39,499 nucleotides of DNA. Origin: an uncultured Opitutales bacterium (GTDB taxonomy: Bacteria > Verrucomicrobiota > Verrucomicrobiia > Opitutales > T3Sed10-336). The translations under genes and the position numbers were made by a program. Shown piece by piece: positions 1 to 7,540 of the stretch. The stretch is from positions 55,824-95,322 of the forward strand of contig CAZJCL010000001.1 of assembly GCA_964544025.1 (NCBI GenBank). The letters are read 5' to 3'. The notes under the pieces are model-generated. The model made no database searches and was not told where the DNA came from. It saw nothing but the letters and a program-made list of their open reading frames with translations. The first letter of the stretch is position 1. Each line of letters begins with the position of its first letter.

Positions 1-2
1 CC

Positions 3-460
3 GGATCGATCCTCGACAGCGGCGACGCGGGCGGGTTGGAGGATGTGATCGCGGCGCAACTTCGCATGGTGGCGGGAACCGGAATCGGGGCGGTCAACAA
101 CCCGATCGAAACCTTGGTGGAAACCGTTTCGGCGCGGGCGGCGGGCGGCGGAATTTATTTGGCGGAATCGGACGATCTGACGGTCGGAGCCGTCGGTGTC
201 GAGGTGTGGCGTTTCCTGCCGGATAGCACCACCATCGCTGTTACGGATGCGGCGCAGAGCGATCTTCGCATCACGGGAGGTGACGGCTCCATCGCGGTTT
301 CGGCGGGCGGAAACGTGACGTCGGACGATGGCGACAGCGACGGATTTGCGATTCAGGCTCCGGGAAGCGGCGCGGTTTCCGTGGTCACGTTGAATGGCGG
401 CGATCTGACGTTGAACGCGGCGGTCGATGCCGGAACCGGGAATGCGATTTTCGTTTCCGA
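3..460 (+). repeat. Last recognisable copy of the ~225-aa higher-order unit that makes up gene 3
   Basis: The translation GSILDSGDAGGLEDVIAAQLRMVAGTGIGAVNNPIETLVETVSARAAGGGIYLAESDDLTVGAVGVEV..AVTDAAQSDLRITGGDGSIAVSAGG matches the gene-3 unit landmarks in order: GSILDGGD, GLRLVAG-GIGTLG, IET, LSARAG-GGI, QSD, GNGSIV. Confidence 0.7.
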
Positions 461-3400
461 TGGGGATTTCGCGCTGAATGACACGACGATCGCGGCGGGC
501 GGAACTTTGACGATCGATGTCGCGGGGAATGCCGTAATCGCCGGAGATGCGACCTTGGGCGGAACGAGCGCGGTTGATGTGGCGGGCAATTTTGAGATGG
601 AAGGAACGTTTGCCGGCGGCGGCGATTCCGTTTTCACGATTGGCGACGACGCGACTGTCATCGGAACCGTGGCGGTGGTCGGGAATCTCGAAATGGAGAG
701 CGGCGGATTTATCGCTCTGGCGGGCGATTTCTCCAGCACCGGCAACAGCGATTTCGTTTCCGCGACGAGTTTCGAGTTGGGTGGTGCGCTGACCGTCGGA
801 GGAGCTTTGGCCATCGACTCCGGAGCTTCGACGAGTTTGAACGGGGATGTCGCGGTGATCGGGGCAAGCGATATCACGAGTGCCGGGCGTCTCGATATCC
901 ACGGAACGTTCGCGAGCGGAAGCGCCGTGATCGCGGTTGGCGGCGAAACCTTTGTCGATGCCGAGGTGACGATACTCGGGAATCTCGCGATCGATGGCGA
1001 TGGTTCCATCGAACTGCGCGACAATTTCGACGTGGGAGGGAACGCGACCATTACGGGCGGCGCGGCTGTCTCGGTTTTCGGCGTTCTGGGGGCGGGGCAG
1101 AATTTGGCGGTCGATGCCGCCGGTGCGATTGTTCTCGATGGGACTTTCGCGGCGGACAGCGCGGCTTCGTTCAAGACCGATGCGGGATTCGATTTTGAAG
1201 GGAGAATCACGACCGGCGGGCCGCTGACGATCGACGCGGCGACGGCGGTTGTGATGACCGGAACCGTCGAAGCGGGCGGCGAGGCGATGATCGCGGCGGG
1301 CGGCGGTGTTTCTCTCGATGGAGATTTGGTTGCGGGCGGAGATACCTCGGTCGCTTCGGACGGGGCGATTACGGTCGATGGTTCGATGGAGGTTGCGGGC
1401 GATTTGGCGTTCAACGGCGTCGGGACGGTCGATTTGGGCGACGATATCCAGGCGTCCGGCAATATCGTCATCGACACTTCGGGAGCGGTTATTTTGGCCG
1501 GAATGATCGTATCCGGCGCCGATACGACGGTGGCCGCGCTGCGTTTCTCGTTGACCGGCGCGCTGACTGCGGGAGGCGCTTTGGAGGTGGAAACGGTGGA
1601 GGAGGCGACTTTTGCGGGGACGGTGTCGGTGGTTGGGAACCACACGCTTTCGGTGGGCGGCGACTTGGTTATTGGCGGAATTCTCACGGTCGGCGGCGAC
1701 GCGATCTGGACCGTCGGCGGCACGACCGGGGTGAACGCCGAGGTCTCGATTTCGGGGGATCTCGATTTGGACGGAACGGGGGCTATCGATTTGCGTCACG
1801 ATTTCGAAATCGGGGAGAACGTCTCGATTTCCGGTGGCGACGCGGTGACGGTGGATGGAGTTTTCTTCGCGGGCGGCGATCTCGAAACCGCGGCGGCGGG
1901 CGCGCTTGTTTGGAGCGGTCAGTCGACGGTTTCCGGCGAGAGCGTGTTGCAATCCGACACCTCGATTTCCCTGACGGGCGATTTCACGGTGGGCGGCGGC
2001 GCGTCGGTTTCGTCGATCGGGTTCGTGGCCATCGACGGAACGGTGGAGGTCGCCGGAGCGAGCGTTTTCAATGTTGGCGACGATTTGTCGATCACCGGCG
2101 CTTACGAATCGGGCGGTGCCACGATCGCGGTGAATGGTGCGACGACGCTGGATGGAGTTTTGACGGTTTCGGGCGGGCTTTCGATCAACGGCGCGGAGGC
2201 GATCGTTCTGGGCGACGAAATTACGGTGACGGGCGATGTCGCGATTTCTGGTGGCGGGACGGTCTCGGTGTCCGGAGATGTTTTCGTGTCGGGCGAATTT
2301 ACGATGGACGCGTCCGACGCGGCGACATTGACGGGGGATTTCGCGGTGGGCGGGAACATTGATTGGACGGTTGGCGGGGATCTGGTTTTCGACGGAACGC
2401 TGGACGCGGAAGCAACGCTGACGTTTGGCGCGTTCGGGAACGCGGAGTTGAGCGGCACGATTTCGGTGGAAGGAATTGTGACCGGAACGGCGAACGGGAA
2501 TTTGTCGGTGGCCGGAAGTTTTGCCGGGGAGGCCGATGCTTCTTTCGGAGCGGGAGGAAGCGCGACGTTCGATGGAACATTTGTATTTGCCGGCGACGTT
2601 CAGGTGGATGGAGAGGGAACGATCGAGCTGAGCGACGCGGTTCATGCGGGAGGAAGTCTTACGATCACCGGAAACGATGCGGTCGTTTTGAGCGGGGATA
2701 TCGCAACGGGCGGGGAATTTATCGTTCGCGCGGCGGGCGAGATCCGGATGGATGGATTGTTCGAGAGCGGGTCGGATGTTGTTTGGGAGACGGGCGAGGG
2801 AATCGTTTTCGACGGAACGTTGGCTGTTTTGAACGGTGACTTCGCGGCGGAAGCGGTCTTGGGAATGACTTTTGCGGGAACGGCGACGGTGTCGGGTTCG
2901 AGTGCGGTGTCGGTGGGCGGTGATCTGGATATTGTTGGGGATGTTACCGGCGGAAGCATGGATTTACGTTCCGGCGGCGCAATGACGATCGCGGCGGCGA
3001 TGACGATCACCGGAAATCTCGCGATCCATTCTGTGGGGGCGCTCTCGGTGGGTCATACGATTTCGGTTTCGCAGGCGTTTTCGGCTACCGGCGAGTCGGA
3101 TGTGACGATCGGTAACACGGGGAACGAGATCGAGGTGGGGAACGGGTTTACCGTTGTCGCGGATGAGGCGGTTTCCGTGAGTGGACAGATCGAGATCGGC
3201 GAGGATGGAGTTTTCGAGGCGGGAACGGATTTGGCGTTGACCGGAACCGTTTCCACTGGCGGCGTGATTCAGGTTTCCGCCGGGGGAGCGGTCAATGTCG
3301 CGGGAACTGTTGCGATCGGCGGTCTTGCGAACGTCGCGGCTGGCGGAGATTTGACGATGGCCGGGAGTTATACGGTCGCGGGCGGCATTGCCTTGACGGC

Positions 3401-6400
3401 GGGCGGATCCGCGACGGTGGACGCCACCATCGCGGCTGGCGGAAATCTTGCGATTACCGGGACCGGTGCCATCGATTTGCGGGAAGATATTTTCGCGGCG
3501 GGCAACGTGGAGATCGATGGTTCTGATACGGTGGCGGTCACGGGCCGGCTGGAGGCGGGGAACGATTTGGCGATCACGTCGAGAGGAAAAACCGTTCTTG
3601 CGGCAACGATTGTTAGCGGCGGGGACAGCGCGTTCGCGGCGGATGCCGGTTTCGCGCTGGTTGGTTCTCTCACGGTTGGCGGTGCGCTTACGGTCGAATC
3701 GGGCGAGGCGATCGCGCTGACCGGTCCGGTTGTCGTTGAAGGCTCCGCAACTTTCGGGTCGGTTGGCGACCTCCTCCTCGCGGGGACTTTTGAATCCGGG
3801 GAGAATATGTCCTGGAGCGCGGGAGGTTTGACGGAATTGGCTGGCGACGTGTTCGTTGCCGGCACGCTCGCAATCGTCGGGGTTGGGGCGATCGATCTGG
3901 GCGACCAGATCGAGGTGGGAGGCGCGGTTTCCATCACCGGTGGCGATGCTTTGACGGTTTCGGGAACGTTGACGGCGGGCGAGGAAATCTCGGTGCTGGT
4001 GGAAGGCGCGATTGATTTGGATGGCGACGTTATCAGTGGAGGCGACGCCGATTTCGCGACGGACGCCGGATTCGGGATGGACGGGACGTTGACCGTGGCC
4101 GGAAATCTGGAAATCGCAGCCGGCACCGATGCGAGTGTTTCGGGCGATGTGGATGTGAGCGATTCGAGCGCGGTAACGGCGGGCGGATCGATTTCAGTCG
4201 AAGGTCTTTACGCGGCGGGAAATTCGAGTTTCGACGCGGGAGGAGATTTGTCGGTCGATGCGACCGTGGTTGTTTCCGGGAATCTGTTGGTCGAGGCGGT
4301 GGGAGCGATAGGTTTGGGCGACGATGTCGAAGTGACGCAATCGGTGACGATTACCGGGGGCGCGGTTTCTCTGACCGGAGCGTGGACGGTGGGGACCGGG
4401 TTGACGATTGGCGGGGCCGGTTCGCTTTCGTTGGACGGAGAATTTTTGATTGGCGGGAATGTGTCGCTGAACGGCGGGCAAGGAGTCGCGATTTCGGGGA
4501 CGATGACCACCGGAAGTTTGACGATCGACGCGGATGCGGACGTGGAGTTGACGGGGAATATTTGGGTTATCGGGTCGAGCGGAATTGTTTCCGGCGGGGA
4601 TTTGACGATCGGCGGGACGTTTACGAGCGGCATCGCGACTTTCGCGGTAACCGGGTCGACGAACATTGCGGCCGATGTTTCCGTGATCGGCGATTTGACG
4701 ATTTCCGGTATTGGACGAATCGAGTTGGGCGACGAGGTCGAGATTCGCGGTGATTTGGCGGTGACCGGCGAAAGCGCGGTGGAGATTTTGGGGACGGTTG
4801 ATGTTGATGGAGCCTTTACGATTTCGGCGGCCGGGATGCTGGGTGTCGATGCCGCGGTTGCGGCGGACGGGGACATCGGTTTGACGACGGGAGCGAGTTT
4901 GGTTTTTGCCGGATCTTTGACGGCGGGCGGCAATTTGACGATCGAATCGGCGGACGACGCGACACTTACAGGGGTGGTGACTGTGGTTGGCGGAAGCGTG
5001 TTGACGGCGGGCGGGAATTTGTCGCTCACCGGTTCGATGACGGCGGGAGCCGGAGCGAGTTTCGACGCGGACGGTTCGATCACCGTGATCGCGCAAGTGA
5101 GAGTTACCGGAGGAATTTCGGTGGACGGCGCGGGAGCGATTCTGTTCCGGGAAGAGCTTTCGGCGACCGGCGATATTCTTATCGAAGGAGGCGACGCGTT
5201 TGCCTTGACGGGGATTTTGAGCGCCGGAGGAAATCTTTCGATGGATGTCGTGGGCGCGGTGGCGATCGAGGGAGCGGTTTCGGTGGGCGGCGAGACGACG
5301 TTGAGCAACGATGGCACGTTCGCTCTCGGCGGGACTTTCGCGGGGGCGGGAAGTTTGGTTGCGACGAGCGGAGGAAGCGCGACGTTCGCGGCTACGGTCG
5401 AAGTGGATGGGGCGATCGCGATTTCATCGACGGGCGGGTCGATTTCGATGACCGGCGTTTCGCGGTTGATTTCGGCGACTTCGGGCGTCGCGCTGACCGC
5501 GGGGGATTCCATCACGCTGGGCGGCATTCAAGCGGCGGGGGCTGTGACGGTTACGGCGGGGAGCGGAGCGATTTTGAGCGCGGGAACGGTTCATCGTTCG
5601 ATCGAGTCAGGCGTGGGCGTCGATCTTTCGGCGGCGGCTGGAATCGGTCGCACGGGATCGGGAGCGATTACGGTTCAGGCGCCGGAGTTGCGATTTGAGA
5701 ACTTGCAAGGCGGATCGGTTTATCTGGCGGTGGCCGGCGCGATCGCGGTGACCGGTGGCGCTCTTCATGGAACGGGCAACTTGAATGTTTCGGTGGCCGG
5801 AGGCGGATTGAACGTGGTGGGCGGGATTTCGGTTGCCGGCGGTTCGGCGACGGTTCGCGTGGACGGTCAAGTGTTGCTTGGCGCGGCGGTTTTTGCGGAA
5901 CGGGATATCCGGTTGACCGGTTCCGGGCTGGCGGTGGCGGCGGAGTTCGATGTGACCGCGACGCTTCTGGAATCGGAGAAGGGGCAGATCGAGGCGCGGG
6001 CGATCGGCGATCTGACGTTGCCAGCGGGCAGTTTGATTCACGCGGTTGAGGGATCGGTGCGGTTGCAGTCGGGAGGATCGATGACGGTCGGCGTTATCGA
6101 GGCGGCGGTTCTGGTCGATCTGCGGTCGGGCGGTGATCTGATGGCGGCGGGGAACGCGAGAACGGCGCATGAGATCCGGTCTTCGAGTGTGCGGATGTTT
6201 GCGGCGGGGGATATCGGGGCGGCGGAAGCGCCGGTGTTGTCGGCGGCGGGACGTCTCGATTTCGAGGCGGGCGGAAACGCGACGGTGTTCGAAGCGGACG
6301 ATCTTGAAATCGGCCGGTATGGGTTGCGGTTGACGGACGGAGAGGCGGGCGACGAATTGCGTTTGCGGATGGGCGAAGGGGAGCTTTCGGTGGCGGGCGG

Positions 6401-7457
6401 GGAAACGACCATTCCCGGCGCGGGGGATTTCGTACTCACATCGGATGGAACGGTGACGCTGGGAGGGAAATTGTTAAGCCCGTCGGGGAATATCGTGATC
6501 GACACGTTCGGGTTGCTGGTGAACGGGGAATTGCCGGCGGCGATTGTTTCCGCGCCAAACGGGAAAATTTCGCTGATCGTCGGTGCGGGCGAGTTGGGTG
6601 AGGGATTGAGCCTTTCGGCGGACACGTTCGAGGCGGTAATCGCGGCGGGCGATTTGCGGGTGCTTTTTGCCGGAACGGTTCGCGTGGGCGCGGCGGGGAT
6701 TCATGTGCTCGACGGTTCGGGCTCCGCGGATGTTACCGTGGTGGGCGGCGATCTGGAGCTGACCGGAACGGTTTTGGCGACGGGCGGAATCCGGATCGAT
6801 GTTCCGAACGGGGCGCTGAAGGTTTTGGCCGGCGCTGCGGGCGGAAATATTTTGGACGCGGGCGTTGCTTCGCTGGCGATCGAGCTCGGCGCGGGAGTCG
6901 TCGTGGAGAACGGCGAGCGGATTCAGGTGTTGGCCGGAGAATTCAGTGCCGTGACAACGGCGGGAGATTTGCGGTTCGGGTTGAACGGTCCGTTGACGGC
7001 GATCGGTTCCGGTGGTGTGCGGATCGCGGGCGGTTCCGGCAGGATCGATTTGCGCGTGCCGGTGGGGAATGTCCAGACGTTCGGGGACATCCGTCACGAC
7101 GGCGGGGGCGATATCTTCTTCTCGGTCAACGACGGCTCGCTGGTCATGGAAGCGGGAAGCCGGATGTCGCTCTCGGGAGGCAATCTCGCGATGAACGTGC
7201 GCAACCTGATCGTTATCAGCGAGGTGTTCAGCCTGGGCGGTTCGATCAATATCGTCAGCACGCACAGCTCGATTCTGCGGCAGGTCAATTTGGCTTCCTC
7301 CATTCCAAACATCACCTCTTTGGTCGCTCCGGTCTTCGCGATGTCGGGCACCATCAACCTCCTTATTGACAGCGGTTCGACGACCATCAACGGGCAGACG
7401 GTTTTCCGCTCGCCGACGGATTTATACCTCTTGGTTTCCGGCAGCTATCGCACATGA
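3..7457 (+). CDS. C-terminal 2,484 codons of a giant secreted beta-solenoid-like repeat protein; the 5' end lies upstream of the window
   Basis: The frame with codon starts divisible by 3 is open from nt 3 to TGA 7455-7457. The track start at 36 is only a TTG inside this open frame. The residues before it (GSILDSGDAGG) continue the repeat. The translation is Gly/Ala/Val/Ser/Thr/Asp-rich with ~20-residue rungs (e.g. GNLAIDGDGSIELRDNFDVGGNATITGG). I found no Cys in the 2,473 listed residues. Confidence 0.92.
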   Translation, partial: GSILDSGDAGGLEDVIAAQLRMVAGTGIGAVNNPIETLVETVSARAAGGGIYLAESDDLTVGAVGVEVWRFLPDSTTIAVTDAAQSDLRITGGDGSIAVSAGGNVTSDDGDSDGFAIQAPGSGAVSVVTLNGGDLTLNAAVDAGTGNAIFVSDGDFALNDTTIAAGGTLTIDVAGNAVIAGDATLGGTSAVDVAGNFEMEGTFAGGGDSVFTIGDDATVIGTVAVVGNLEMESGGFIALAGDFSSTGNSDFVSATSFELGGALTVGGALAIDSGASTSLNGDVAVIGASDITSAGRLDIHGTFASGSAVIAVGGETFVDAEVTILGNLAIDGDGSIELRDNFDVGGNATITGGAAVSVFGVLGAGQNLAVDAAGAIVLDGTFAADSAASFKTDAGFDFEGRITTGGPLTIDAATAVVMTGTVEAGGEAMIAAGGGVSLDGDLVAGGDTSVASDGAITVDGSMEVAGDLAFNGVGTVDLGDDIQASGNIVIDTSGAVILAGMIVSGADTTVAALRFSLTGALTAGGALEVETVEEATFAGTVSVVGNHTLSVGGDLVIGGILTVGGDAIWTVGGTTGVNAEVSISGDLDLDGTGAIDLRHDFEIGENVSISGGDAVTVDGVFFAGGDLETAAAGALVWSGQSTVSGESVLQSDTSISLTGDFTVGGGASVSSIGFVAIDGTVEVAGASVFNVGDDLSITGAYESGGATIAVNGATTLDGVLTVSGGLSINGAEAIVLGDEITVTGDVAISGGGTVSVSGDVFVSGEFTMDASDAATLTGDFAVGGNIDWTVGGDLVFDGTLDAEATLTFGAFGNAELSGTISVEGIVTGTANGNLSVAGSFAGEADASFGAGGSATFDGTFVFAGDVQVDGEGTIELSDAVHAGGSLTITGNDAVVLSGDIATGGEFIVRAAGEIRMDGLFESGSDVVWETGEGIVFDGTLAVLNGDFAAEAVLGMTFAGTATVSGSSAVSVGGDLDIVGDVTGGSMDLRSGGAMTIAAAMTITGNLAIHSVGALSVGHTISVSQAFSATGESDVTIGNTGNEIEVGNGFTVVADEAVSVSGQIEIGEDGVFEAGTDLALTGTVSTGGVIQVSAGGAVNVAGTVAIGGLANVAAGGDLTMAGSYTVAGGIALTAGGSATVDATIAAGGNLAITGTGAIDLREDIFAAGNVEIDGSDTVAVTGRLEAGNDLAITSRGKTVLAATIVSGGDSAFAADAGFALVGSLTVGGALTVESGEAIALTGPVVVEGSATFGSVGDLLLAGTFESGENMSWSAGGLTELAGDVFVAGTLAIVGVGAIDLGDQIEVGGAVSITGGDALTVSGTLTAGEEISVLVEGAIDLDGDVISGGDADFATDAGFGMDGTLTVAGNLEIAAGTDASVSGDVDVSDSSAVTAGGSISVEGLYAAGNSSFDAGGDLSVDATVVVSGNLLVEAVGAIGLGDDVEVTQSVTITGGAVSLTGAWTVGTGLTIGGAGSLSLDGEFLIGGNVSLNGGQGVAISGTMTTGSLTIDADADVELTGNIWVIGSSGIVSGGDLTIGGTFTSGIATFAVTGSTNIAADVSVIGDLTISGIGRIELGDEVEIRGDLAVTGESAVEILGTVDVDGAFTISAAGMLGVDAAVAADGDIGLTTGASLVFAGSLTAGGNLTIESADDATLTGVVTVVGGSVLTAGGNLSLTGSMTAGAGASFDADGSITVIAQVRVTGGISVDGAGAILFREELSATGDILIEGGDAFALTGILSAGGNLSMDVVGAVAIEGAVSVGGETTLSNDGTFALGGTFAGAGSLVATSGGSATFAATVEVDGAIAISSTGGSISMTGVSRLISATSGVALTAGDSITLGGIQAAGAVTVTAGSGAILSAGTVHRSIESGVGVDLSAAAGIGRTGSGAITVQAPELRFENLQGGSVYLAVAGAIAVTGGALHGTGNLNVSVAGGGLNVVGGISVAGGSATVRVDGQVLLGAAVFAERDIRLTGSGLAVAAEFDVTATLLESEKGQIEARAIGDLTLPAGSLIHAVEGSVRLQSGGSMTVGVIEAAVLVDLRSGGDLMAAGNARTAHEIRSSSVRMFAAGDIGAAEAPVLSAAGRLDFEAGGNATVFEADDLEIGRYGLRLTDGEAGDELRLRMGEGELSVAGGETTIPGAGDFVLTSDGTVTLGGKLLSPSGNIVIDTFGLLVNGELPAAIVSAPNGKISLIVGAGELGEGLSLSADTFEAVIAAGDLRVLFAGTVRVGAAGIHVLDGSGSADVTVVGGDLELTGTVLATGGIRIDVPNGALKVLAGAAGGNILDAGVASLAIELGAGVVVENGERIQVLAGEFSAVTTAGDLRFGLNGPLTAIGSGGVRIAGGSGRIDLRVPVGNVQTFGDIRHDGGGDIFFSVNDGSLVMEAGSRMSLSGGNLAMNVRNLIVISEVFSLGGSINIVSTHSSILRQVNLASSIPNITSLVAPVFAMSGTINLLIDSGSTTINGQTVFRSPTDLYLLVSGSYRT
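560..5520 (+). repeat. About 11 copies of a ~420-bp (~140-aa) super-repeat, each made of several ~20-aa solenoid rungs
   Basis: The anchor motif G-[ND]-L-x-[IVL]-x-G-x-G-x-I-[ED]-L-x-[DE] recurs at roughly nt 979, 1399, 1755, 2172, 2593, 3013, 3440, 3862, 4279, 4690 and 5108. Spacing is 356-427 bp, mostly 411-427. Confidence 0.7.
7075..7454 (+). other. Non-repetitive C-terminal ~125-aa tail of gene 1, with a distinct composition and codon usage
   Basis: The sequence is ...DIRHDGGGDIFFSVNDGSLVMEAGSRMSLSGGNLAMNVRNLIVISEVFSLGGSINIVSTHSSILRQVNLASSIPNITSLVAPVFAMSGTINLLIDSGSTTINGQTVFRSPTDLYLLVSGSYRT. Codons switch to C-ending forms (ATC, AGC, TTC, GTC, AAC, CTC, ACC). A hand count of nt 7261-7320 gives C21 G10 A12 T17, which reverses the G>C skew of the repeats. 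Confidence 0.55.
7454..7457 (+). promoter_or_regulatory. ATGA stop/start overlap between gene 1 and gene 2 (translational coupling junction)
   Basis: The sequence here is cgcacATGAgat. TGA 7455-7457 ends gene 1 and ATG 7454-7456 starts gene 2. Confidence 0.75.
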
Positions 7458-7540
7458 GATTTTCAGGGCAAACCTTCGTGAAATTGATTTTGGCCGCGGC
7501 GCTCGCGGTTTCCGCTGGATTGTCGCCGGCGGCGGCGCAG
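7454..7540 (+). other. Sec-type signal peptide, with probable SPase I cleavage after AAA/AAQ and no lipobox Cys
   Basis: The N-terminus has a basic start (MRF..K), a hydrophobic core (LILAAALAVSAGL) and an Ala-rich cleavage region (SPAAAQ|DL). Confidence 0.7.

Noticed and set aside
36-38. TTG at nt 36, used by the track as the start of the first ORF
   Set aside because: The frame is already open from nt 3, and the preceding residues (GSILDSGDAGG) continue the 225-aa unit. The real start is upstream of the window.
7094-7390. A 98-codon minus-strand ORF in the C-rich tail of gene 1. The local reversal of G/C skew made me consider a real minus-strand gene or RNA here.
   Set aside because: The + ORF runs through without interruption. 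It gives a plausible beta-rich C-terminal domain and ends in the ATGA junction with gene 2. The minus ORF is out of codon register and has no recognisable features. I keep only the compositional shift as a finding.
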